A DNA stretch of 64,000 nt from Novakomyces olei (lineage: Eukaryota), in the NCBI GenBank assembly GCA_016906335.1, contig JADEYG010000002.1, positions 1,488,001 through 1,552,000 on the forward strand, read 5' to 3'. Under the pieces are notes generated by a model. It made no database searches and had not been told where the DNA came from. It saw only the letters and a list, made by a program, of their open reading frames with translations. Shown here piece after piece: positions 22,157-35,800 of this stretch. Position numbers and translations under genes: made by a program. Position 1 is the stretch's first letter, and every line of letters begins with the position of its first letter.

Positions 22157-23533
22157 GCACTACTGCGCAAAAACGTCGTGCCACTGGTGCTATGAGATTA
22201 CAGCTGTCGCTAAATATGACGGCGAGTCTTATGTTCTGGCGTGAAACTCACATGACTTGTAGTCCCGAACAGTTATCTTTATACCAAATTTGGCACAAGT
22301 GCATCTCGCGAACCGAAGGAGCGGTCGCTGCATCGTAATAGCGCCAGCATTATTGCAACGAGCCAAGCTATTAAACTCATCCCTCTGATTTGCCAGCGGA
22401 TAGGGAGAAAACGACGTATGATGCATTGCGCCCCGCACTTTCCGCATTGGACGATTTTATTAATTTACAGCTTCCCACTTTATCGTACTTGTCAGTCGGT
22501 TTTAATCTTAATCCAACCTCGGCGCATCGCACACCTGCGCTGCCAAGTATAGATACGCAAGCAATACTGCTGCGAGACACTGCCGGCGGCGGATTAATTA
22601 CCTATTGAATGCTAGCCAAAGATGATACGGGCGCTATGGTACTAACTGCACACCGTGTGCAAGCACGGCTTGACCTTGGCAGTCAATTGGTCAGCATAGC
22701 GCAACGTCACCTTTCTGTAAGCTCGCCTACTGTATCATACGTGTGCTGTGCAAAAATTACAGTGCCAAAATACTTTTCGGTCCTTTAATGAAATAAATAA
22801 ATAAATAAAATAATAGATAAATAGATAAATAGATAAATAAATACCGGGAACGGCTACCCATGTATCTATCTATCTATCTATCCATCCATCCATCCCGAAT
22901 GGTACTTGTATACGATAATTTCCAAGTATTCGCCCAACTCAAACACAGGAATCCCAGCCAGCCAGTCCTTGCGCCTACTCCAGCACTGGGCAAAAGTATC
23001 GTGTATGTGATTGAGCGCCGTCTCCTATGCCGCCGTATAAACGCGTAGCCGCACGGCTCTTGGAGTCTTACCGCATTTGTGTATTTTCCTATTCCGCACA
23101 GTGCTGGCAACAATGTAGGGTATGTTGGCGCTTTGTACGCGCCGCATCTACTACTTGTGCATCGAATTTCGAGCGCCCGGACCTAGACTTGCAGACCATT
23201 TTTGTACAGTAGTGGTCCAGTCTCCGTGCCGGGTCACGCGCACAACCCGAAAGAATCCGTTACTTTATACACAGCCCAAGTTTTCTTCTTGGAGACGAGA
23301 GGGATTAATAATACGGTATACCGTGTTTTTCACGCCTGCCGACAAGCGCAGGCCGCGAAGCTTGCACCACACTTGCCGGTATGTTACGCAGCAGCCAGCG
23401 TGATTTTCAGGATAATTTATATACACAATAGTAATGTACTTGTCACGTATACCACCACACCGATACATCAATTGTTAGGTCACACTCTTTAATCGTATAA
23501 ATTTAATAATACCCTTTACAGCTCAAGACTTGC

Positions 23534-25465
23534 ATGGTCGAGTCTTCGGATGATGCTGACTGGCTTGACAACAAGCATAGATCGTCTACAATAAGCGTCC
23601 ACGCAGAATCACTACTCGACCAAATTGCGAGCGTTGCCCACCTTCACGCTACAATTCACAATGGCATGCAGCGGCGCTCTTCGAGCATGAGTTCTTCTGC
23701 TGCAGGAGGAGCTCCTTCTGCAGCTTCTGCTGCAGGAGCAAACCTTAATTTTGACCAACATTCCAGTGCTACAACAGACGAATCACCAATTTCAAGAACG
23801 CCTTCAAAAAACAGTGCCTCAGAGTCAAGTTTTGTGACCCCGTCGTACGCGAGTCCGCCGAGTACTCGATCCAGCTCTCTCGTTCTCTCGGGAGCCTCGT
23901 CTTACTTCAATTCTGCTCAACGTTTCCTCAAACGCAAACCCAAGCTCACCAATGTAGACCGCAAGCAAATGTGCCTCTACCATCAAGCGAACCCGAGCTG
24001 CAAACAGGAGGACATTGCAAAAATTTTCGGGGTGGATAGGACCACAGTGTCCAAGGTGCTTCGGCAAAAGGAAAAGTACCTTAGCATCGAGGACAATGGC
24101 GACGCCATTGTTCTGCCCCGACGAAATTACCTGCCTGAAATTGAACGCACAGCTGTTGTTTGGGCCACAAACTGTGTAAACAGAGGCGAAAGAGTGACAG
24201 AGGTAATGCTGTGCGATAAAATTCGTGAATTTGCTTTTGCCATGGGCACTAGTGACGCACAAATCTATCTGGCGCCCAATTGGCTCGCAAATTTTAAGGA
24301 ACAGCACCCGGGCCTCATTGACGACACGACACCAGGATCAGCGGGGTTGCAGACTCCGGGGACGGAAGCCTCATCGATTGATGTAAGCATGAGCGCTTCT
24401 TCATGGATGGATGCTCCAGCGACTACCGCCGGGGCAGGAGCAGGCCTTCACTCTTCTACAGCTGCCACTCCGGTCCAGGCGTTTGAGCACATGAATGCTG
24501 AAAAGAGATCAATGCCTCCAAGCTCCCTGTTTACTTCTTCTTCTCGTTTCCAGGAAATGCTGAGTGCCTCTGATATGCAGCAGCAGCAGCAACAACAACA
24601 AAAACAGCAGCAGAGGCATTACATCTCTCACAGTCCACAGCAGAAACTCTCGCTGGGGAAATCGACTTATTCACAGACTCCTTTTCCCAATATGCAATCA
24701 TACTTTAGCCCTCAGCATTTTACAAAGACATATGAGGCTACTCAGCAACAGCAGCAGCAGCAGCAGCAGCAGCAACAGCAACAACAACAACAACATCAAC
24801 AGAATGATGCTGCTATATACCAGCAGCAAATAACTTCGCCGAGAGCAATGATCTCTCGATCAGGTTCGTCTACGAGCGTAACATCAGGCCCCTTAGACGC
24901 TCGGCAGATAATGACAAGTATTATTCCCGGTGGAGGTCGGTCTCAGCCTTCTTCACCCTCAAGACGAAACAGCGACAGTTCTCCTCAGCCCGCTGCCTGC
25001 CAATCAGCACAGCATGCGACTTTTCATCATGGAAATAGTACAAAATCGGGTACATGGAGAACTCGTCGGGGAAGGCACAGGATATCTCTTTCTCAGGCTG
25101 GCGGATTAGATGTTACAAGGGCGTCAGCTACAAATTTAGCTACTCCTTTGAGCAGTGCCGGGTTTGAACAACAACAACAACAGCAGCAGCAGTTTAACGG
25201 AATGAACTTTACACCAAACTCAACTGGAATTTTGAATCCGTCTGTCGAGGACGTAACAAAGGCTCTTGAGATTATCATGACCTACCTGCGCCAACAGCCT
25301 GTGGGGACTGTTGAGGTTGAAGAGTACATTACAGTGGGGAAACTGCTTGGGAAGTTCGAGCGGCTTCGCCCAAATGCAAAGGCAGATGAGAGCAATTTGT
25401 TTGGGATGTTTCCTATCCCAGGATCTTCGTTCGACGACGGTTCGTCACAGACACCAGATCGTTGA
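23534..25465 (+). CDS. CENP-B/pogo-type double-HTH DNA-binding protein without a DDE domain, with polyQ tracts (643 aa)
   Basis: RKPKLTNVDRKQMCLYHQANPSCKQEDIAKIFGVDRTTVSKVLRQKEKYL (psq-type HTH) is followed by LPEIERTAVVWA...WLANFK (CENP-B HTH). The remainder is Q/S-rich. Confidence 0.85.
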   Translation: MVESSDDADWLDNKHRSSTISVHAESLLDQIASVAHLHATIHNGMQRRSSSMSSSAAGGAPSAASAAGANLNFDQHSSATTDESPISRTPSKNSASESSFVTPSYASPPSTRSSSLVLSGASSYFNSAQRFLKRKPKLTNVDRKQMCLYHQANPSCKQEDIAKIFGVDRTTVSKVLRQKEKYLSIEDNGDAIVLPRRNYLPEIERTAVVWATNCVNRGERVTEVMLCDKIREFAFAMGTSDAQIYLAPNWLANFKEQHPGLIDDTTPGSAGLQTPGTEASSIDVSMSASSWMDAPATTAGAGAGLHSSTAATPVQAFEHMNAEKRSMPPSSLFTSSSRFQEMLSASDMQQQQQQQQKQQQRHYISHSPQQKLSLGKSTYSQTPFPNMQSYFSPQHFTKTYEATQQQQQQQQQQQQQQQQQHQQNDAAIYQQQITSPRAMISRSGSSTSVTSGPLDARQIMTSIIPGGGRSQPSSPSRRNSDSSPQPAACQSAQHATFHHGNSTKSGTWRTRRGRHRISLSQAGGLDVTRASATNLATPLSSAGFEQQQQQQQQFNGMNFTPNSTGILNPSVEDVTKALEIIMTYLRQQPVGTVEVEEYITVGKLLGKFERLRPNAKADESNLFGMFPIPGSSFDDGSSQTPDR

Positions 25466-26573
25466 TATTGAATTTGCCTACTGTACGAAATTCTTTTTGT
25501 TTCTGCTGCCATTTTTTATTCATTTTTACATTTTATCAAGATCTTCTTGAGAGCCAAACTGGTTTCATGTTTTGTAGAATTGGTTTATTATAAAAGCTTT
25601 GTGTCACTCTACTGAGCAAATTCATTTGCACATATTACGAAGGTCAAGCCTCGTTCATCCTACTTTTTCAATCTTTTTCTTACCTTTATTTTCAACAGTG
25701 TATGTTTTCAAAGTTGTATGCGCAATGTGCTGTTTATTGAATAATTTATTTTATCATGTATGATTTCATATGCATATACTCGACGGGCAAGCCAATGTTC
25801 TGCTTCTGTTTTTCCTGTATACTTTTGTTCGCTCTTGTATACTTTACTTACGCTACTTGCTTTTTACATACATTGATTGATTCTGTTAAATTCTCTCCTT
25901 CTTTGATAGCTGTATACCTGGGCCAAAAAAGGTTCATCAGCTCTCAATGTACTGTACTGTTTAAAGGGGGACAATATTCATAATTTATTCACATTTATTC
26001 AATTTAGATTTGAGCAGGTTCTTTATGGATGGATGCACTTTATATATAGCTGGCAATAAATGATCATATTTTGATTGCTTGGTCTACAGGATACGCGGGC
26101 TCGGTAACGTATGGAAGAATATTACATCCAGAGGGGACAGAGCAATCACAAAAATTTGTGACTATACAGAGGAAATTAAGCTCTAATTTTCTACCAATAC
26201 TATCTTTTATTTGAAAATTGTCTAGTTTAATTGTTTATGAAAATAAAGTTCGGAATTCGATGGACTAATTTGGATTCGAGGGACCGATATTAACAGAGAT
26301 TTATCTCATTCCTTAATTGCTCCAAAGTGCTTGTATCGGAAATTCGCGTCAAGCGTTCTAGATTGGGCTTCCAATTAGAGGGGTTAATGCAGGCATACAC
26401 TGTTTGCTGTTATTGTTGTATAAATAAATTTTTTAAACCTTGTGTTGAATATCTCGCCTTTGTAATAAGCAGAGTATATAACCAATTGAGCTGATGACTT
26501 TGGTTTATTAATTCAAAATTTTCAAATTGTGACTATCTTTAAGAACGAAAACGGCTAAAACTCCAGGGTATCG

Positions 26574-28263
26574 TTAAACAGCAGCTGAGGACGTAAGGAA
26601 TTCCGGGAAGTGGATCCCAACAAGTACTTCCAAGACTGTGAATAAAAACAATAAATTGCACGGCCCGAAGGCGAACCAATCAAGCACACGATCAATGACG
26701 TGAGCCCGTATCCATTCCCTGCCAAAATATACTGGGACTCGGTCTGATATCAGTTTAACGGCTCGCTGTCTCACATCAGAAACGGGGGCATTTGGACCTT
26801 TCTGAGATAACGCAACCCGGAAATTACCGTTCGGATCGAACAAAAACTTATTGAGGGCTCGTACAGTTTTGGCGGTAGCCGCGGCAGAATCACTTAAAAT
26901 TAGAAAGAAAAAGTAACCAAAAGGGAGAAATATTGAACAAGAAATCCAAACCGAAATATAGTGAATCGAAAAAAATAAACTTAAAATGCTTTATCGGGAA
27001 AGTTGTCGGAAAAACATACCCTGATTTAATAAGAGTCTTTTTCTTTGGTCTCCATGTACTGTTAATGAAAATCAATAAAATAATTTGACTCCACGGCGTT
27101 AAACACAGCAATTGAAAGAACCAAATTAGATTCCTCCAGTATCCAATCAATTTGTCTCTAGTGAACTTTGATTCCACAATAGGCTCTTGGCTCTCTTGCG
27201 ACTCTGTAGTTGACCGGTCAAAGGCTCGGACGATAAGGGAATATATATTGGCTGGCTGCGATAGAAAATTAAGTGAATTGCAGATTGCCAGTTGAGCTAA
27301 AATCTCCCGAAGGAGAATACGCTCACATTCAGAGCATAGATCACTTACGGGTAATATCTGTGCTAGAACACGTTCTGCTATAAGACGGGCGTAATCATAC
27401 TGCCTCTGCTGCTGTTGCTTCTGAAGACCTGCAGGGGTCTGTGATCTATTAAAGTATTCAGACGTCGTAGAGGGAAACACAGCATGACCTCGGATGTCAG
27501 CATAGGCTTCTGGGACAGAACGGCCACGCCCCTTGTATTCTCTGCTCCATTCATGAGAGGCGCTAATTCCTGTCTTTGAGCACAAAAAATAGGAAAAAGC
27601 TAAAGTAATAACAAAAAAAGTAAAGCCAGAACCCAAATAAGGTTGTCAACAGCAAGATTGAAGTCTTAATTAGAACAATTTTGAAAAGTATAGTGAGCTT
27701 TGCAAAAGATGTGGCAGAATAGACACAAAACAGACACAAATGAGGAAGGTTAATGCCAAAGTCAAAAGCAGAAATTTGGATGAAGAGGAATAAATTAGAT
27801 AGCTCATAGATACAAACGGAAACGAAGAAAACAGGTTTAGACTCGTACCTTCAATATGAACCGCAAGGACTTTCGGCAGTGAATCCAGCCAAAATGAATC
27901 AAATTTTTCTTGGCTGCAGCGCAGCGCTAAATTCCGGACAGACTCGCAAAATGTGTCTGCAACTGCTTCAATAAAGCCGCGATGTGCGGTTATAGGTGAA
28001 TACCATTTCAAAACAAAATTCTTCAAAATAAGAGTAATCAACAGGCGCAATTCGTGATCCAGATCATCTATGCCTGTCAGGCTCGAAGCAGATAGTTGCG
28101 GTCCCAATGCACTAATGATAAACGCCTTCTCTTGGCCCTCTTCTCTTCCCATATTCTGGTCAATTCCGTCGTTCGTTGTAACAGATTTTTCAGCGTTACC
28201 ACGGAAACTGCTGCGCTTTAACGCGTGAGTGTGCTTTTCAGTCTGCACATGTTCTTGCGCCAT
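26574..28263 (-). CDS. PXA-domain protein (Pxa1/sorting-nexin-associated), 3 or 4 exons
   Basis: PXA motif LDHELRLLITLILKNFVLKWYSPIT and ERILLREILAQ, nexin-C-like NLLFLFTVLEVLVGIHFPEF. Simplest model 28263-27849, 27569-27020, 26892-26574. A mini-exon at ~27664-27633 (DFNLAVDNLIW) is possible. Confidence 0.75.
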
Positions 28264-29560
28264 GGCCTGTCAGCACTCCGACTGAACTGCACAACCGCAC
28301 AATTTTCAGCAGACCCGCTTCGATTATATAAAAATTGTGCAAATAAAAACCTGAAAAAAAGCTAGGAAATAATTGAGACTCCAGGTCGTGTAACACGATT
28401 GCACTCAAAAGCGAAACAGAGTATACAAGCACGAAACATGCTGTCAATTTGACGGCGTCATGCGCTCATTGCATCCTGGTTCTGTCAACAATAGTTAGCT
28501 GCGAACGAAGTTAAATTAATCTGACATGGAGCTAGCACAATCGCTTACTTTAAAAATGTTTATTATTGACTAGCGTTTCGTTCTAGACGCTAGCGCAGGT
28601 GAAGAAGTAACGTGTCTTGCTTCGTTGGACCCTTATTAGAAGCACGGGTCCCCAATTCGGCTAATGCCCCAAACTTATTTATTACGTAATTGTTGTGAAG
28701 ATACGAGGATGCAATACCCCCACGCAAACTGTCAGACAGCAAGACGTGCTGCTATATAGAATATTGAATATCCTAAACGGATAACTGTGAATGCAGCCTC
28801 GGTGTTGGTCGTTTATTTAGTGGGGGCGATGGCTTGAATACCATCAAGTATTGATGAACACTGGGACGTTCCCACTTAAAATGAGCATTGCTGATCAAGG
28901 TAATATTGTTCCCTGCACTATAGTGAATAACACCCGGATGAGAATACATTGAGCACTAAGCAAACTATGATATACTTTTATGGATTTTCGTTGAGCGAGC
29001 TCGTTTAATTCGCTAGACATATTTTTATCTTGCCAAAGGTTATTATGGTATACTTACTTCAGTTACACGTAGATCACGAAGCGTTTAATTGTTCAGTATA
29101 AATACTGGCCCCTTTATTACAAAGACCAAGATTTTTAAAGCCTTCCAAACTCTTGTTACCCAATACTAACGCCAAAGTTGCCTCTACGCGTTGTGTGGCT
29201 GTTTTGATGTGGGGACATGCTCCCTTCAAGAAAGCCCGTCAAAGTATTCCTTACCGACTCGCTCGAGCGTGAAAACTTGAGCCGTTATGTAAATTTCAAG
29301 TAATGTGGGTTCAACTAGTAAGAAATTAGGTATGAAAAATTATAGAAAATTTCATACTTCCATGTGATTGCGCCTTTCTTACATAGAAAAAGAAAAGAAA
29401 AATGAAAAAATACATATAGTAGCAGAAAAAAATTCTAAAAATGAAGTAATCCTTTATATATGAAGGTCATTATATTTATTATTTAAACATCATCTGCCCC
29501 TCTGCTCTGCACCCACAGAGTGTCTCGTGGACTTGGAGCAATTGCCGACAAGAACGCACT

Positions 29561-31456
29561 ATGTCGGGTCAGGGGACACAAGATACGATAACGGCGACTA
29601 AGCCAAATGAGTCTAATGGCAAAGCGACGGAATGGGTCCGTGTAGAGGATTCAAATGGTGCACGCGACGTTTCTGTAGATGAGTCCTCAAGGCTGTTGGA
29701 GCTTTCTGATGAGGACCGTCTTCTTGCACAGTTGGGCTATAAGCCGGTAAGCGCAAAAAATGGACAAAATTACAATTGAGCATTTGTTCCAATAAATGTA
29801 GAGAAAGTACAGCTAAATGCTAACCAATTCGATTTACAGGTATTTAAACGTGAATTTTCTATGATGTCAACTTTCTCCTTTGCATTCTCTATCTCTGGAT
29901 TATACGCGACGGTTTCGACAACTTTTTTGTATCCTCTAGATGCAGGTGGACCCGCTTGCGTTGTTTGGGCCTGGCTTATTGGCGGCTTTGGTTGTATGTG
30001 CATTGCGCTTTCTGTTGCAGAGTTAGTCTCGTCCTATCCGACCTCTGGCGGCCTTTATTTCGTATGCGGTGAAGTTGTACCAAAACCTTACGTTCCCGTT
30101 GTAGCCTGGGTTTGCGGCTGGTTAAATTTTTTGGGTATGCATCTTCTGTTTTTATCATCATTTTGTTTTAATTGTTTAATTAATTTAATCTTTATTTTTT
30201 TAATACATTCTGACCATGAAGGCCAAATTGCGGGAGTTGCATCAACAGACTTTGGCGCAGCACAAATGTTGCTGGCTGCTGTTTCCATGGGCAGCGATTT
30301 TACGTATGTCCCCAATAATTACCAGACTGTGGGAGTGTTTGCTGCAATTATCTTATTCCATGCAGCCGTCAATTCTCTAAGCACGGGCTGGCTCGACCGA
30401 ATTACGCGGTACTATGCGGTCTTCCATATCGCTATCGTTATTGCTGCCATTGTGGCCCTGCTTGTTAGGTGCGATACTCCTCATACAGCATCATACGTTT
30501 TCACGCACGTGGAACCCAACAGCGGATGGCATCCACCGGGATTTTCATTCTTGTTTGGCTTTCTCTCAGTTGCCTGGTGCATGACGGATTACGATGCCAC
30601 CGCTCATATTGCAGAGGAGATTGAAAAGGCAGAGACACGGGCCCCGTGGGCCATTTGCTCTGCTTTGTTGCTGACATATTTGCTGGGTTGGGTGTTTAAC
30701 ATTGTCTTAGTATTTGTGATGGGCGATACACAGGATATTATCAATTCTGCTGTCGGCCAGCCAGTAGCGCAGATCTTTTACAACGTGCTGGGCAAAAATG
30801 GGGGGATCGCTTTCACCGTTTTCGCTTATATTATCCTAAACTTTACCGGGATTACTGCCATGCAAGCCAATGGACGTACTGCTTTCGCCTTTGCTCGGGA
30901 TGAAGCACTCCCTTTTTCCAAAGTTTGGACCAAAGTCGATCCGTTTTCAGGAACTCCAATCGCGGGAGTTTGGCTGGTGGCCGTATGCTGTATTTTGCTA
31001 GGCTTTATTGATTTCGGTTCATATATCGCTATTTCTGCTATTTTCAATGTATGTGCAATTGCACTGGACTGGAGCTATTGTATTCCGATTGCAGCACGGA
31101 TGATTTGGGGCAAAAGGCTCGGTCATCGACCAGGTCAATGGAACCTTGGGCCCTTTTCTTTCTGGATCAACCTGTGGGCCGTATTGTGGACTGTATTTGT
31201 TAGTGTCATCTTCATTATGCCTACGTACCGGCCCGTTACTCCTCAAAATATGAACTATGCTATTGTTGTTCTGGCTGGAGTCGCACTATTTGCATTAGTT
31301 TGGTGGTACGCAGGTGCCAACAAGTATTATATTGGTCCGAGGTCAAATGTTGAGATTGATCAAAAGCCAGATCGTCTTGACAGCATTGCAAATGTGCCCT
31401 CAGGGTCTACTGCGCCTCGTACAGAAAGCGACGATGCAAAGCAGCACGTGGTTTAG
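29561..31456 (+). CDS. APC-superfamily amino acid/GABA/polyamine permease (ACT subfamily), 3 exons
   Basis: Exons 29561-29746, 29840-30134, 30222-31456. Motifs LGYKP|VFKREFS, SVAELVSSYPTSGGLY, YDATAHIAEE, RTAFAFARD and NMNYA, with many hydrophobic TM segments. Confidence 0.92.
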
Positions 31457-32872
31457 TCAGCAAAATAGCCATGATTTTTTTTTTTTTTTTGCATTTCTTT
31501 GTATCAGTGAAATAAGACAGAAATAAAAATTCAAAAAGCCAAAGTGCGCTTAGCGATGAGAGTCACAGCGCTTTGGAGGGATTCACGAATGTTTGGATAC
31601 TTTGCGTGTGTACGATAATGGAATTTTGTGAATGAACACTATTTTGTGCTGCTTAGATTCCTGTCAAGGCAATCTGGGGTTTCAGACACAAAAATATTTG
31701 TGTGTATTATTTATTGGCAGAATTTGCTAGGCCTCTTTCAAAAGAACTGTTTCAATGCTTTACGCAGTAAAAAAGAAATATACTTGTTGGAATTTGTTTC
31801 ATTATGTGAGCTGCTATTGCATGTTTTACTGGGAACCAACTGCATTAGCAACCAAGTTCCTTAGATACAATAGACTGCGGGCTTGATCGTCAAAGATACG
31901 TAAAGCACGTGTATTGGTTTATAATAAATCATCATCATTTGTTTTGGTCGTGTTGATTTCATTCGTATACCTTTTAAACTAATATTTTTATCTACGGTAA
32001 GATGCAATTTCCAAGTGCCGTCTCATGAAAGAGACGAGCTAATTTTGTCATGTAAGATCATCATCGCCCCTGTTTGCATAATATAACGCTCACACAAGTT
32101 TGTAAATTTTAGAGAACCTGTGCAAAATTATATTACTCTTAACATGATCGGGCTACGCAATTCTAATCTGCATTTATTGTTTCATATACTATTTCCGGGT
32201 TCTACTGCAGATGTCGCAACCTGTTTGATTTGCGACAGCATTTCCAACAGATTGGCTTACAAGCTCAGCTAAATCTGCGGGAGAGAATGTATAATGGCTC
32301 AATCTTTTCCAGGCAAAAACACGGCTGAAAATGCTGTGAGAACGGCCGACAATTATTGGCTGACAAATTCACGATACCGCGGGAGATAAGAATTTATTAT
32401 ATTTAATAATTATTATTTACAATAATTAGATGTCATATATTTGATCTTGCTTACTAGAAATATATGATATATATAATAATATGTATCTTGAATTAAAATA
32501 TATTAAAATAATAGATGCTAATTATTATTAATATTATTGCATATTATAATTAATTAATAATAAAATAAATCGATAGGGCACACACATTTCATTTAAAGGA
32601 CCACTTGTTCTGAATAAAAAATATATAATAAGCGCACCATACATAATACACGTACAATATTGTATGTAAACCTTGATTTATTGCCTAGTACGCACCGCCG
32701 TCCGGGTCTGACGTTACCACAAGTCCATTGGCGATAAGCAGGTAAAGTCTGGCAGCGGAATCCACGCGTTCGACAGCAGTGCAATTCGTTTGGGGTCAGT
32801 TGGTATTGGCTTCAAGTTTAGGTTTTAGGCAAAGGATTGGTGCACAGTGTACGCTAAGAGGGACAGCTAGTC

Positions 32873-35800
32873 ATGTCCGATCCTCAAGATGTAAGGACCA
32901 GGCGGCATTACGCACAATAAGGGCTAATACACTAACATTATACTTGCTCAAGGTCCGATCAAAGCGGTTAAATCGACTGGCAAGCAATGGCACAGAACGA
33001 GGCAGAGAAGTCAGTGATCAGAATGCCGCTTCACAAGGAGGCGACAATCTGCCCTCGCGGTCAGACACTCCGTCTTCAACTCCGGCTCTAGACGCTGGAG
33101 AGGAGTATAAAGCCAAAGGCACAGAGACGGAAATGGACGTCGATCACCCGCCCAAGCGACAGATGCAGAATACTGATAGGCCAGATTCAGCTGCTTCTTC
33201 GCGCCAGCAAAGTCAAAGTGCTTCTCCTGCTGGTGCACTCGCTCCATCAGTCGCAGCTAGTTCTGCTACGACTAGCCAATCAGCTCTCTCTTCACGTGCT
33301 CCAGACTTTCCCACATGGGAGTCAAACACACTGCGCGATATTCTAGGCATTACCCTTGACGTATGACACATTTACGCCTATCATTTCGCTAACCTTGTTC
33401 TTTTATTGCTCTAGGAGGACGAAAAGAAATCGAAACCCAGAATATTTCTAAAGTCTTTGCGTGATGATCTTGTTGAGGAGCAAAGCCCAGTGCGACTCTC
33501 AATTGACACGGTGGACAGGGCACTACTCTCTAACCTTTCTGAACATATTACGGAACCATTTCGCTATCTTTTAGCATGCTGGAACAAGACACAATTAGCC
33601 TCGCGTCAGTTGCGATATGGACGAGATGAATTTGCCGAACAAAAGTCGGCCGTGCTGGCAGAAACGAAGCGTTTGGTCATAAGCTATGCTGGCCTGTGTC
33701 TAATGACACCAGACCTTTTCAAGTACGTACAATGCTTTTTGACCTTTTATAGCTATTATTCTTGGCAATTTTATTGCCATTATTATTCTTTCCTCTGTGT
33801 TTTAACGTGTGACAGTGAAAACGCGCATGGCGTAGATATTGTTTCGCGATTACTGGATGATCCTGATGGCAATGGAGGAATTCCACTTCAGTTTCTAAGT
33901 GACCTTGTGGCTCGTTTCAAAGACGAAGAGGCAGACGAGCTGTTTGCCCCGATTATCCAAGGCTTGTCTAGTCGGATGCAGAGCATAACCTTTGCTTCAA
34001 ACTGGCGGCCTTACGTGACAGCTCTCACAAATCTAGCGTCGTTTAAAGAACTTGTTTGCGTAATGGCAAGAATGGACACTTTTGTCCCGGAAAATGCTAC
34101 GGCTGCAAATTTTGAGACTTTATCTTTACTGGGCCCCTTTTTCCGACTTTCTCCACTAGATGTAAGCTGCTGTTTATACAATGAATGACTAACTCTTCGC
34201 CTTAGGCTACTGTCGCACATCAGTATTTTCGTAACAGCAAGGATCGGGAGTACGTCGATTTGCAGAGCACAATCAACAATACGAGAATGACGGTTGAGAC
34301 TCTAAACGTAAGAAACTAGGAGAAAGAATAAAATTATCAGGTTCTTTTTTTTTTTTTTTACTTTTTTCATTTTCTGGTTTCTATTCAAGTTCCTGCTTGC
34401 TAGCTTCCTTTTCGTAAATCGTCCCTTTGCCCACTTTTATTTCTCTCTTTTAATTTATTTTCCAAATTCTTATTTCGACCGCTAACGTGACAGAATCTAC
34501 TTTTCATTATTTGCAACAATTTTGTGCGAGCCTCTAAACCAGCTCGTGACCGTATGCTGGACTTTTTCGCCAATGCAATCAATTTAAATCACAAAAGGCA
34601 TGCGATTCAAGTGGACCCGACGACTGTAGCGAGTGATGGTTTTATGGTGAACTTGACGATAATACTAAACAAGTTCTCGGAGCCCTTTACCGGTCCTAAT
34701 TATGCTAAAATTGATCGTGTAGATGTGAACTATTTACGCCGAAATCCCCGTATAACTATACGCGACGAAACCAAAGTGAATGCGAACCAAAAAGAATCCG
34801 ACGAGTTCTATGCCGGAAAACTGGAGGGCGAAAACAATTTTATTTCCGAGATATTTTTTCTGAATGTAGCTGCTCACCATTACGGGCTGTGTTCTGTGAT
34901 CGGAACAATGGACAAATTGGACGGGGGCAACAGGGACATTGAACGGTATATCGAAAGACTGGAGGCAGAACGGAGCCAGTGGATAAACTCGCCTCGTGCG
35001 GCGATAGTGAATATGCAGCTTGAGAGGATGAAACAAACTCTTGAACGCAACAGCGCTGTACGCTATGCCTACGAGTCAATTCTTGGAGACGAGCAAACCC
35101 AGACGCTGTCGTTTTCGTTCTTGTCTTTCGTGGCCACCTGGCTGGTTCGATTGGTCGATCCTCTGCACCAGCATCCGCAAAAGATTATTGAGTATGTTTT
35201 ATGCAAAAGTGTTGTTGGGAAGAGTTTGACTCTGTCTTGTCATATGATTATACTAAACGCCCTTGCTAACATCCAACAGACTCAGACCTGACGAGGAAAT
35301 CGCGCCTTTCCTTGAATTCAAAATGCTTCCGGAATACTTTGTGGAAGACATTGCAGAATTTTTTCTGCACGTTTCAAAGTAAGCCCCAATTGGACGTTAT
35401 TTGATAAAGCTTTTCTCACCATATTTAATTCATATATATGTATATTTACATATTTTTTACTTTTTTATTTGGCCCCTTCATCTGACGTTTATGTTGATGA
35501 TATCATTTATTCAACAACTTTTTTCCGTTGACATGCTGTGTACTGTACGCTTTCTTGTTTAACATTGCAGGTTTTTGCCCCACCTTTTAAATTCTCCGTC
35601 CAAAACAGACTTGGTAATTTTCACGGTAACGTTCCTGAGAGACGCGAGGTTCATTCACAATCCGTATTTAAAGGCAAAACTAGTTGAAATCTTATTTTTC
35701 GGAGTTCAACGCCAGCGAGGGCATTCATTAGGAGCGCTTGGAGATGTTCTTAATACGAACGATTTCTGCTTAAAACATCTTTTACCGGCCTTGATGCAGT

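Noticed and set aside
23534-25465. Active pogo/Tc1-mariner transposon
   Set aside because: No DDE catalytic domain, terminal inverted repeats or target-site duplication visible.
31850-32075. Two ATGATGA box-C-like motifs on the minus strand
   Set aside because: No suitably placed CTGA box D, terminal stem or recognisable rRNA guide.
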